A stretch of 60,762 bases of DNA from Candidatus Hadarchaeales archaeon (lineage in GTDB: Archaea; Hadarchaeota; Hadarchaeia; Hadarchaeales; JAWBSP01). This document shows positions 52,959 to 60,762 of the stretch, in pieces. The stretch's first letter is position 1. Every line of letters begins with the position of its first letter. The DNA lies in NCBI GenBank assembly GCA_038842485.1, contig JAWBSP010000002.1, positions 1 through 60,762 on the forward strand, given 5' to 3'. The notes under the pieces are model-generated. The model was not told the origin of the DNA. It did no database searches and saw nothing but the letters and a program-made list of their open reading frames with translations. Both the position numbers and the translations under genes were made by a program.

Positions 52959-53525
52959 TCACTCAGCCAAAAGTTTAAAAATGTCAAGAGCCGATGCTCC
53001 CTGAAGGCTAAGGGATAGAGATGCAAAGTGCAGAAGCAACACTCCCACTACAAGCGGTAGGAGAAAGAGAACCAAAAATCTTCCTCTACCCATGTGGAGA
53101 ACTGAGCAAATCCTGTGAACGACCATGCCCGTCGTGAAAAGGAAGAAACCAAGACATAAAAGCAGGTAAAATCCTTTAAAGCCCGAAAAGTCCACACCGT
53201 AAACGTGGAGGAGAGGGGATAGGAGAAGCATGGTGAGTAAGTGGGGGACTAGCAGGGAAGAGGAGGATTTGAGTATCCATCCGAGCCGTCCCCTAAAACC
53301 TGTCCAAATCCAGATCCAGAGCGAATAAAAAATCCAGTAGACCAGAAAGAAGGCTGGGACGAACGGACAGAGTTCGGGCGAGCCTGAAAGGGAGTAGGAA
53401 AGTAGAGGTCCGTAAAGTAGTGAAGTGGAGAGCAAAAGAACCAGCGAATCCAAAAATCCCAGCACTGGGGCCCTGAGGAGAAAGGCCTGCCCTAATTTTC
53501 CGAGAGTCTCTTTAGCGTCTCGCAT
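52959..53525 (-). CDS. Hypothetical polytopic membrane protein
   Basis: 188 aa with about 6 hydrophobic helices. Overlaps the end of the upstream GH-like gene. No recognisable motif. Confidence 0.5.
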   Translation of the reverse strand: MRDAKETLGKLGQAFLLRAPVLGFLDSLVLLLSTSLLYGPLLSYSLSGSPELCPFVPAFFLVYWIFYSLWIWIWTGFRGRLGWILKSSSSLLVPHLLTMLLLSPLLHVYGVDFSGFKGFYLLLCLGFFLFTTGMVVHRICSVLHMGRGRFLVLFLLPLVVGVLLLHFASLSLSLQGASALDIFKLLAE

Positions 53526-54643
53526 AGCTCGATGGAGTCCTCATAGAGTTCGCCCCTTCTGGGGTCGTAAACCGAATAGATTGGACCACCCACCTCAAAC
53601 TCGAAGAAATTCCAATACAAAATTCCCTCAACACCCTTTCTGGAGGATCTCCGTATGAACTCCCTGGTAAATTCCAGTGAGGGAAGCTTCCTCACACCAG
53701 TTCTCCAGGCCAAGGCATCGTACCCCCATTCCGTTATCCAAAGGGGCTTTCCGAGCGAGAGTCCCCTTTTCAGAACCAACTCAAGAGAAAACCAAGGGAT
53801 TGGTTCGTAATTTCCAGGATACGGATCGACACCGAGTACATCCGCCTCCTTTGCAAGCCTTACATATTCGACCCAGGCGGGGGGCCAAACAAAAGCCATG
53901 GTATCCATGACCAGCATGATGTCAACGTCCCAATGCTTCCTCACGATCCCGCGCAATTCCCTGAAGAAGAGCGCCAGATTTTCGACCTGAACTCCGAAGT
54001 CCTGTTCTATATGATTTGGGTCCTCGTCGATCAGATAGTTGAGCGGAAGACTTGATCCCTCAAGGCAGAGGCCGATGCTCGGCTGAGTGTAAAAATATGG
54101 TTCGCAGAAGAGAACGAAGGCTCTTATACATTGCGAGATGTCCTGCCTCTCCTTACCGTAGTGAACCGCAATCGCCTCACATGCCTCCCTCATGAACTGC
54201 CTCACTCTTGGATGGAAAACGGAAGGGATCTTTGTACCTTTCCACTCTCTTTTCCCGTTCATCATTACCAACATGTCTTCTGTTAGGTCTGGTGGGCAGA
54301 ACTCCCTTGTGGTTCTAAACCAAGGATCTAAGATAATCACCAAGTTCTCCTTGACCAGCAATTCAAGGACGGAATCCCAGAAACCGAAGTCCCATCCCCC
54401 GTACGAACCATTCTCAAGAACCCTTGCATGTAGGGAGTTTACCGGTAGCCATACCTTCACGGCTCGGGCCATGCGTCCGAGCCTACTGGCCAGAACCTGA
54501 AGATTCTCAAAGGTAAGCACGTTTTCCTTGAGTACCAAGTTGTAGCCCAGAAGCGGCTTGCCTGCTTCGGTTCTAGGCAGATAGGCAAAGATCTCGAAGC
54601 AAGCGAGGAGAAAGATGATTAAGGGAACAAGGACGATCCTCAT
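53492..54643 (-). CDS. Secreted/anchored TIM-barrel glycoside-hydrolase-like protein (clan GH-A-like)
   Basis: N-terminal signal/anchor 'MRIVLVPLIIFLLACF'. 'FVLFCEPYF' occupies the position of the NEP acid/base motif, and 'LWITEWGYDA' is nucleophile-like. Family assignment is an inference. Confidence 0.55.
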   Translation of the reverse strand: MRIVLVPLIIFLLACFEIFAYLPRTEAGKPLLGYNLVLKENVLTFENLQVLASRLGRMARAVKVWLPVNSLHARVLENGSYGGWDFGFWDSVLELLVKENLVIILDPWFRTTREFCPPDLTEDMLVMMNGKREWKGTKIPSVFHPRVRQFMREACEAIAVHYGKERQDISQCIRAFVLFCEPYFYTQPSIGLCLEGSSLPLNYLIDEDPNHIEQDFGVQVENLALFFRELRGIVRKHWDVDIMLVMDTMAFVWPPAWVEYVRLAKEADVLGVDPYPGNYEPIPWFSLELVLKRGLSLGKPLWITEWGYDALAWRTGVRKLPSLEFTREFIRRSSRKGVEGILYWNFFEFEVGGPIYSVYDPRRGELYEDSIELCETLKRLSEN

Positions 54644-54677
54644 TCAATTTTAGAAATCGTGGGGTAAAGTAGAGATA

Positions 54678-55667
54678 ATGACGCAAATGAAAGTGTATCC
54701 CATTTCATTCGACTCCATGGGTGTTCGGAGTATGTGTACCTACCTACAGATGGGAAACCTTAAGATGCTCATTGATCCCGGTGTTGCTCTCGGCCCAACC
54801 AGGTACGGTCTGGGTCCCACAGAGGCAGAGTTTGAGGCGCTGGAGTATTCTAGGGCCCTGATAATGGAGGTTGCCAAGGAGGGTGAGTTCGTCGTGGTTA
54901 CTCACTACCATTACGATCACCACCCCTTCCCCGACGATTCTGAAATGTATGAGAGATGTTTCGGTGGGAAAGTCGCCTTTGCGAAGGACAGGAAGAACAA
55001 CATCAACCTCTCGGGGAAGCAGAGGGGTAGGATTTTCGAGGAGAATGCCTCACCTCTCCTCAAGAAGCTAGAGTGGGCGGACGGCGAGGAATGCGAGGTT
55101 AGAGGCGTGAAGCTCTCCTTTTCTCCAGCTGTTTGGCATGGGGATGTTGGAAGCAGGGTCGGAACGGTCGTTATGGTTTGTGCGGAGGCTGGCGGGGAAT
55201 CCTTTTTATTTGGAAGCGATGCCCAGAGCCTGGCTGATCCTGCTGCTCTCGAGTGGGTGCTGAAGAAGAATCCAAAATTTATGATCTTGGACGGCTATCC
55301 GACCATCTTTGTGGGCTGGAGGATGAGCCAGAAAGCCTTCGAGGCCTCGAAGGAGAACCTGAAGAGGGCGATTGCGGAAACCTCGGTGGAGCAGGTGATT
55401 CTAGACCACCACCTCCTGAGGGATGTGAACTATGCGCAGAAGATGGGGGATGTATTTCAACTAGCTGAGCGGAAAGGGAAGCGGCTCACGAGCGCGGCTG
55501 GATTCCTCGGTTTAGAGGATTTCTTCCTCGAGGCTTGGCGGAAGGAAATCCACGAGGGGAAGAGGGAGGTGGATGTGAAAGGGTATTACACCCGTCTCTG
55601 CAAGCGGCTTGGGGTTTCTCCCTCGATTCTGAAGCCCTCGGGAGTGAGGAGAGAGTTGACTGAGTGA
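54678..55667 (+). CDS. Metallo-beta-lactamase-fold protein, archaeal UPF0282 family
   Basis: 'MKVYPISFDSMGVRSMCTYL' and 'VVVTHYHYDHH' (HxHxDH). Confidence 0.75.
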   Translation: MTQMKVYPISFDSMGVRSMCTYLQMGNLKMLIDPGVALGPTRYGLGPTEAEFEALEYSRALIMEVAKEGEFVVVTHYHYDHHPFPDDSEMYERCFGGKVAFAKDRKNNINLSGKQRGRIFEENASPLLKKLEWADGEECEVRGVKLSFSPAVWHGDVGSRVGTVVMVCAEAGGESFLFGSDAQSLADPAALEWVLKKNPKFMILDGYPTIFVGWRMSQKAFEASKENLKRAIAETSVEQVILDHHLLRDVNYAQKMGDVFQLAERKGKRLTSAAGFLGLEDFFLEAWRKEIHEGKREVDVKGYYTRLCKRLGVSPSILKPSGVRRELTE

Positions 55668-55692
55668 GTTATAAAAAGAACCCGAATCGGGA

Positions 55693-56043
55693 ATGAGAAC
55701 GGGTTGGGCGGCTCTCGGTTTCCTGCTGGTGGTTGTTGGAATAATAGTGATGCTGTCCGAGATTGAGACGTTTGGAGAGTTCCAGATACTGGGTTACACA
55801 CTTCATTTGAGCAGCTTCGGTGCAGCAGTCTTGGGTTTGGTCATCCTTGCGCTGGGATTGGCGTTGCCCGGTCCCCATCGGCTCGTGGTGGTCCGGCAGC
55901 GCGTGAGGGAGATAAGAACGGTGGTTGCCTGCCCCTCCTGCGGAAAATTCGTCTCACGTAAGGCCAGACACTGCCCCAACTGCGGGTACAGGCTCAAGCG
56001 CTACTCTTCTTCCAGACGCACTCGCCGTCTACCTCGATTTTGA
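55693..56043 (+). CDS. Membrane protein with C-terminal zinc ribbon
   Basis: Two TM segments, then 'CPSCGKFVSRKARHCPNCGYRL'. Confidence 0.6.
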   Translation: MRTGWAALGFLLVVVGIIVMLSEIETFGEFQILGYTLHLSSFGAAVLGLVILALGLALPGPHRLVVVRQRVREIRTVVACPSCGKFVSRKARHCPNCGYRLKRYSSSRRTRRLPRF

Positions 56044-56239
56044 CGATGCGGTGATAGGGAATGGCAACGGGCTCTGGGGCAGAGCGAACGTACATGAAGC
56101 TCCTGTTCATCGAAACTATGTCTGAGCCCCTGATCTCCCTCACGTTTCCCGGTGCCCCCCTGTGAACTATAAGGATGCGGGCCGACCCAAGCTTTCCCTC
56201 CGCCCACTTCAATTTATCCAGAACTTCTTTTGGTTTCAA
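55994..56239 (-). CDS. UPF0248 (DUF504) family protein
   Basis: 'EVLDKLKWAEG....ILIVHRGAPGNVREI.G.DI......F.......IPYHRIVKIEVDGECVWKK' is the DUF504 pattern. The TTG start forms a TTGA overlap with the argJ stop. Confidence 0.65.
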   Translation of the reverse strand: MKPKEVLDKLKWAEGKLGSARILIVHRGAPGNVREIRGSDIVSMNRSFMYVRSAPEPVAIPYHRIVKIEVDGECVWKKSSA

Positions 56240-57456
56240 GTCCTGTATTTTGCGTTGATTCTCACGTAGTCGAAGGTGAGATCGCACCCCCAAGCCCTAG
56301 CCTCACTCGTGCCGCTGGCCAGATCTATCTTGATGGTAAACTCTCTCTCTTTCATTACCTCAGCCGCGCTTTCTAGGTTCTTGACTGGCTGTCCCTTCAG
56401 CACCAGATTAGCTACTCTGCGTTTGCCTATGAACCAGAGGGAAACTTTAGAGGGCTCGAACACCGCCCCCGAGGCGCCCAAGGAGGCTAGGATCCGGCCC
56501 CAGTTCGGATCCTCCCCAAATACGGCAGCTTTTACGAGGTTAGAGCCGGCCACGGCCAGAGCGGCCAGCTTTGCCTCGTAAGGATTTCTGGCTCCCTCCA
56601 CTTTGACTTCAAAGAAATGCTTGGCCCCCTCCCCATCTCTTACCATCGCCTTGGCGAGTTCGGTGGTCACGAAATCCAGCGCTTCTTGGAAGTTGGGGTC
56701 TATGCTGTTGGCCGTCATTTCCTTTCCCCCCGCTAGTCCGCTTGCCAGAGCTATCACAGAGTCGTTGGTGCTTGTTTCATTGTCGACCGTTATCATGTTG
56801 AAGCTCTTCTCGATTGAGTTTCTGAGAGAAAGCCTGAGCCCGCCAGGTGTTATCCTCGCGTCGGTGAGCAAAACCGCCAGCATGGTCGCCAGCTTGGGCC
56901 TTATCATCCCTGCTCCCTTCGCCACGCCGGCTATCCGAACCTCCGTCCCGTCCTGAAGTTGGGTGGAAACGGCCATCTCCTTGGGTTTGGTGTCGGTGGT
57001 CATCATGGCCTGCGCGACCTTGAGGCTCTCCATCCTATCTCTCGAGAGGTTGCGGGCGGCTTTCAGGATCCCTCTTCTTATCTTTCCCATGGGTAGAGGA
57101 ACACCGATCAATCCGGTGGAGAGCACCCCGACCTCGTCTGGCCGGATACCACACACCTTGCCCACCAGCCTCGCGATTTCCTCCGCGTCCCTCTCCCCCC
57201 TAGGTCCCGTGAAGCAGTTTGCCCTTCCGCTGTTGATGAACACTGCCCCCAGTCTGCCTTCCCGCAGGTTCCTGGCGGTTACAAGAACGGATGCCGCTTT
57301 GACCAAGTTGGAGGTAAAGAAACCGGCCGCCGGAACAGGTCCCACCTCGCTTTTTATCAGGGCGAGGTCGAGTCCCTTTCTTTTTATGCCCGCTCTAACT
57401 GCCGCGAACGAAAACCCTCTAACTTCGCTTAGGCCTCCTTTCAGGACGGTTATCAT
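56236..57456 (-). CDS. argJ: Bifunctional ornithine acetyltransferase / N-acetylglutamate synthase
   Basis: 'AQAMMTTDTKPKE' and the autoproteolysis region 'PKLATMLAVLLTDA' (..ATML..). 406 aa. Confidence 0.9.
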   Translation of the reverse strand: MITVLKGGLSEVRGFSFAAVRAGIKRKGLDLALIKSEVGPVPAAGFFTSNLVKAASVLVTARNLREGRLGAVFINSGRANCFTGPRGERDAEEIARLVGKVCGIRPDEVGVLSTGLIGVPLPMGKIRRGILKAARNLSRDRMESLKVAQAMMTTDTKPKEMAVSTQLQDGTEVRIAGVAKGAGMIRPKLATMLAVLLTDARITPGGLRLSLRNSIEKSFNMITVDNETSTNDSVIALASGLAGGKEMTANSIDPNFQEALDFVTTELAKAMVRDGEGAKHFFEVKVEGARNPYEAKLAALAVAGSNLVKAAVFGEDPNWGRILASLGASGAVFEPSKVSLWFIGKRRVANLVLKGQPVKNLESAAEVMKEREFTIKIDLASGTSEARAWGCDLTFDYVRINAKYRT

Positions 57457-58472
57457 GGTCGGAGAGGAACCAAGTCAAGCCCCTGCTCCTCTGGGAGGCC
57501 GAGCATCAGATTAGCGTTCTGGATGGCTTGCCCGGCTGCTCCCTTCACCAAGTTGTCCACCACTGAAACCACCACGACCCACCGCCCCAGCGTTTCCAGC
57601 CCGATGTCGCAGAAGTTAGATCCCGTCACATAGTTCACTTGGGGCAACCCCTCTCTTATCCTGACGAATTTCTCCCCCCTGTAGAACTTGCGGTAGAGCC
57701 CGAGCAGCTCCTCCTTCCCTCTTTCCTCCTTAAGGAAGATTGAGGCGGTTGCTAGGATTCCCCTCACAATGGGGACAAGATGTGGGACGAAGTGCACTTC
57801 CACTTCCCGTCCAGCCAGTCTCCCCAGTTCTTGGTTGATCTCTGGGACATGTCTGTGGGTGGTGGCCGAGTAAACCTGGAGGTTTGAGCCACAGATGGGG
57901 TGGTGGGTTCTCTCTTGGGGCTGGTGGCCCGCTCCCGAGGTCCCGCTTAGGGCGGTGATGACGATGTGCTCAAGATCCACGATTCCCTCACTCACCAGCG
58001 GAGCGAGGGCTAGAATGACTGGGGTGGGGTAGCAGCCCGGGTTGGCTACCAACCTAGCCTTTTTTATCTCTTGGCGGTGGAGCTCGGTCAATCCATACAC
58101 CCCCCTTAGTTCCGGGCACTCATGTTTTACACCATAGACCTTCTCAAACACCGCCGGGTTCAGCCTGAAATCCGCACTCATGTCTACCACTTTTGCTCCA
58201 CCTTCGAGGATGGCGGGAACGTACTTCATGGAGGTTCCATGGGGTAGAGCCGTGAAGACTAGGTCAACTCTCCTCCCAACGCCCACGTCCAACTCCTTTA
58301 TCTGGAGGGATAGGTCGAGGTTGGGATAAACGGTTTGAAGACTCTGACCCACACCGCTCCTTCCCTGAATCTCCACCAGCTCCAATCCTGGGTGCCTGCA
58401 GAGAATCCTTGCCAGCTCTGCGGCCACGTAGCCAGTTCCCAGGATAGCCGCCTTCATTTTCTTTCCCGCCAC
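57453..58472 (-). CDS. argC: N-acetyl-gamma-glutamyl-phosphate reductase
   Basis: 'AAILGTGYVAAELARIL' (NAD-binding) and the active-site region 'LVANPGCYPTPV'. Confidence 0.9.
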   Translation of the reverse strand: MAGKKMKAAILGTGYVAAELARILCRHPGLELVEIQGRSGVGQSLQTVYPNLDLSLQIKELDVGVGRRVDLVFTALPHGTSMKYVPAILEGGAKVVDMSADFRLNPAVFEKVYGVKHECPELRGVYGLTELHRQEIKKARLVANPGCYPTPVILALAPLVSEGIVDLEHIVITALSGTSGAGHQPQERTHHPICGSNLQVYSATTHRHVPEINQELGRLAGREVEVHFVPHLVPIVRGILATASIFLKEERGKEELLGLYRKFYRGEKFVRIREGLPQVNYVTGSNFCDIGLETLGRWVVVVSVVDNLVKGAAGQAIQNANLMLGLPEEQGLDLVPLRP

Positions 58473-59608
58473 AGTCTAGCTTGTAGTCCTTGGAACTTGG
58501 TGACTGCAGACGATTCCCTCTGATCGAAGCCCAACGTTTCGAAGGAGACGAGCTCCTTTTCGTAAAGGGCATAGGGAGAACTCCTACTCACCACTCTGAA
58601 CCACCCCGCTCCAAGTTCTACCGTGACCTCCCCCGTCACTCTTCGCTGGGTTGAGTCTATGAAGGCATCCAGATCCTCCCTCAAAGGATCGAACCAGAGT
58701 CCCGCGTAAACGAGTTCTGACCACCTTTTCTCGAGGGTGTCCTTGATTGAGAGCTGATTTCTAGTTAGGACGAGCTGCTCAAGTGCGCGGTGGGCCTCCA
58801 AGAGAACGGTTGCGGCTGGAGCCTCGTATATCTCCCTAGCCTTCAGCCCCAGAATCCTATCTTCCACAATATCCAGCCTTCCCACCCCATGGCTCCCGGC
58901 CAGCTGGTTCAGACTGGAGATTAGACGAACTCCATCCATCCGCTCACCGTCCAGGGAGATGGGAACGCCCTTCTCGAAGCCGATGGTGATTCTCTCTGGC
59001 GAAGTTCGTGTGAGCCTGGTCCAAGAGAAGATCTCCTCGGGAGGGGGGATTGAGGGGTCTTCCAAAATTCCCCCTTCTATGGTCCTCCCCCAAAGGTTTT
59101 CGTCCACGCTGTACACGGCCGCCGGAGGTAACGGGAAGTTATTCTTCTTCGCGTATTCTAGCTCTCTCTTTCGGTCCAAGTTCAGCTCTCTGATGGGCGC
59201 GATGATTTTCAGTTCGGGGGCGAGGGTGGAAAAGGTGATGTCAAACCTGAACTGATCGTTTCCTTTCCCTGTGCAACCATGGGCCACCGCCTCCGCCCCC
59301 ACTCGCTTGGCTACTTCCACCACCTTGCTTGCGATCAGGTATCTTGCCAGCGAGGCGGAGAGGTGATAGCCCTCGTAGGTACCGTTTGCCTTTATACACC
59401 TGAAGATGTACTCCTCCACGAACTCCTTTTTCGCCTCCACGTTGAAGTGCTGGACGGCCCCCAGCTGTTCTGGTACCCCCGGGTCAACCTTCTTTTCCTG
59501 TCCAACATCCACAGTAACCGTAACCACTTCCGCTCCATATTTCTCCTGCAAAAGCCTCAGACAAACCATGGTGTCCAGCCCGCCGCTGAAAGAGAGCACC
59601 ACCTTCAC
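58454..59608 (-). CDS. argG: Argininosuccinate synthase
   Basis: 'KVVLSFSGGLDTMVCL', 'AVAHGCTGKGNDQFRF' and 'YSVDENLWGRTIEGG'. Confidence 0.95.
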   Translation of the reverse strand: MKVVLSFSGGLDTMVCLRLLQEKYGAEVVTVTVDVGQEKKVDPGVPEQLGAVQHFNVEAKKEFVEEYIFRCIKANGTYEGYHLSASLARYLIASKVVEVAKRVGAEAVAHGCTGKGNDQFRFDITFSTLAPELKIIAPIRELNLDRKRELEYAKKNNFPLPPAAVYSVDENLWGRTIEGGILEDPSIPPPEEIFSWTRLTRTSPERITIGFEKGVPISLDGERMDGVRLISSLNQLAGSHGVGRLDIVEDRILGLKAREIYEAPAATVLLEAHRALEQLVLTRNQLSIKDTLEKRWSELVYAGLWFDPLREDLDAFIDSTQRRVTGEVTVELGAGWFRVVSRSSPYALYEKELVSFETLGFDQRESSAVTKFQGLQARLWRERK

Positions 59609-59675
59609 GTTAATTAAAGTCCTAGTGTCACTGTTTTAAGTTTTGCGTACAAAGATAGGTGAGGAGTTAGAAGGG

Positions 59676-59948
59676 ATGCAAATAACTGTGAAGTTCTCGG
59701 GTGAACTCGAGCGGATGGCAGGGACAAGGGAGGTCAAGATCAACATGGAGGAGAACGAAACCGTCGATACCCTTTTCCTCAAGCTAAGCAGGAGGTACTC
59801 AAAGGTGGTGGAGGCCCTCTTGGATCCCATAACTGGCGAGATTACGGACAAATATGAGGTCCTGCTCAACGGAAGGCATCTCAGGGATGGGCTCTACACC
59901 AAACTCAAGAATGGGGACGAGCTCACCCTCTCCCCCCGAGCGATTTAA
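59676..59948 (+). CDS. MoaD/ThiS-family beta-grasp (ubiquitin-like) protein lacking a C-terminal Gly-Gly
   Basis: 'MQITVKFSGELERMAG.....ETVDTLFLKL.......VLLNGRHL....KLKNGDELTLSPRAI*' has the beta-grasp pattern but ends in PRAI instead of ..GG. Confidence 0.6.
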   Translation: MQITVKFSGELERMAGTREVKINMEENETVDTLFLKLSRRYSKVVEALLDPITGEITDKYEVLLNGRHLRDGLYTKLKNGDELTLSPRAI

Positions 59949-59968
59949 AAAAGGGGCGTGAAGATTGG

Positions 59969-60202
59969 ATGGTGAAGGCTTACTGCCTCATTTCCACGGA
60001 TCCCGGGCAGACCAACGCCGTCTTCCAGAAACTGAAGCAGGTGGAGGGGATAAAATCGGCGGAGGCGGTTGCAGGGCCTTTCGACATCATCACTAGGATT
60101 GAGGTTGACTCCTTGGAGAAGCTGACAAAGATCGTTTTCGGGGAAATCCGGTCTCTACCAGGCGTAACCAACACTGCTACTCTGATTGTCTTCGAGCTCT
60201 GA
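59969..60202 (+). CDS. Stand-alone Lrp/AsnC ligand-binding (RAM) domain protein
   Basis: 'KAYCLISTDPGQTNAVFQKLKQVEGIKSAEAVAGPFDIITRIEVDSLEKLTKIV..IRSLPGVTNTATLIV' is the AsnC_trans_reg pattern. No HTH. Confidence 0.75.
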   Translation: MVKAYCLISTDPGQTNAVFQKLKQVEGIKSAEAVAGPFDIITRIEVDSLEKLTKIVFGEIRSLPGVTNTATLIVFEL

Positions 60203-60747
60203 TGTCTAAGCTCGTGGTGGGAATTGCTGGCCCTCCCGGAGCCGGGAAGACCGAGGTAGCAAAGGTTGCCGTCAGGCTGGGGTTCTCCTATTTGAGGATG
60301 GGGGATGTGGTAGTGGAGGAGGTGCGAAGAAGGGGGCTTGAAATCTCTGAGGAATCAGTGGGGAGGGTTGCCTCGGAGCTGAGGAAGCTGGGTGAGGCCG
60401 AGGTGGCGAGGCGCTGCATTCCATCCATCAGGCAGGCCGAGGGCCCCGTGGTGGTGGACGGGATAAGGAGTCCTGCTGAGGTGAGGGAATTCAGGAGGGA
60501 GTTCAACGGCTTCAGGCTTATTTCGGTGTGGTCGAGCCAAGCGACGAGGTATCAGAGGATTTCGAAGAGGAGGAGGGAGGACGACGCAGCGGGTTGGGAG
60601 GAGTTCCTAAGGAAGGACGAGAGGGAGATGAGCTGGGGTCTGGGGGAGGTGATAGTCCTCTCGGATTACCTTCTCGTGAATGAGGGGACGGTGGAAGAAC
60701 TCAGGGGGGAGGCGGAGAGATGCCTGAGGAGGCTTCTGGCCGGGTGA
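60202..60747 (+). CDS. P-loop nucleotide/nucleoside kinase-like protein (archaeal UPF0200 / dephospho-CoA-kinase-like)
   Basis: 'VVGIAGPPGAGKTEVAKVA' Walker A, followed by 'VVDGIRSPAEVREFRREF'. Confidence 0.7.
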   Translation: MSKLVVGIAGPPGAGKTEVAKVAVRLGFSYLRMGDVVVEEVRRRGLEISEESVGRVASELRKLGEAEVARRCIPSIRQAEGPVVVDGIRSPAEVREFRREFNGFRLISVWSSQATRYQRISKRRREDDAAGWEEFLRKDEREMSWGLGEVIVLSDYLLVNEGTVEELRGEAERCLRRLLAG

Positions 60748-60762
60748 GGGTGGAGGCGGAGG

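Noticed and set aside
60744-60762. Possible GTG start of a further gene overlapping the stop of the kinase-like gene.
   Set aside because: Only 6 codons lie inside the window, so nothing can be supported.

Overview
This is an archaeal chromosomal segment. It carries archaea/eukaryote-type ribosomal proteins (L18e, L31e, L39e, S19e, S8e), RpoN, aIF2-beta, aIF6, RNase P Rpp21, Nep1, Gar1, Cgi121 and NMD3. It is GC-rich and densely coded, with many 1-14 nt start/stop overlaps. Most of the window is housekeeping: the L18e-L13-S9-RpoN operon, glmS, ileS, ilvBN, two separate arginine clusters (argB-argD-argF and argG-argC-argJ), rtcA, thpR, NMNAT and one tRNA-Leu(UAA). I saw no rRNA, CRISPR array, IS element or integrase.

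Three regions are not ordinary:
- 22.5-34.6 kb holds a complete Tad/Epd-like type IV filament locus. It has a CpaF/TadA-type ATPase, split TadB- and TadC-like platform genes, two MinD/ParA ATPases (one with the P-loop Lys replaced by Arg), a possible CpaB-like protein and nine proteins with class III (prepilin) signal peptides. No prepilin peptidase is present, and the locus abuts the tRNA.
- 35.95-39.1 kb holds a tight three-gene operon: a short hinge-less SMC ATPase with an Smc5/6-like head, a kleisin-like protein and a tandem winged-helix 'kite' protein that reads like a MAGE/Nse3 homology domain. A 400-nt non-coding gap with two GCGAACGTTCGC palindromes precedes it. I consider this the most interesting candidate system.
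- 39.8-41.7 kb holds an orphan triad of archaeal pilin-N-terminal-domain proteins, wedged between ileS and rps8e.

Other points: a TAGGKAGGAC motif array around an AT-rich core at 44.8-45.06 kb, several perfect palindromes in promoter regions, a gene-decay patch at 9.2-9.8 kb, and two unlisted small genes.

All functional calls come from motif recognition by eye. No database search was run.
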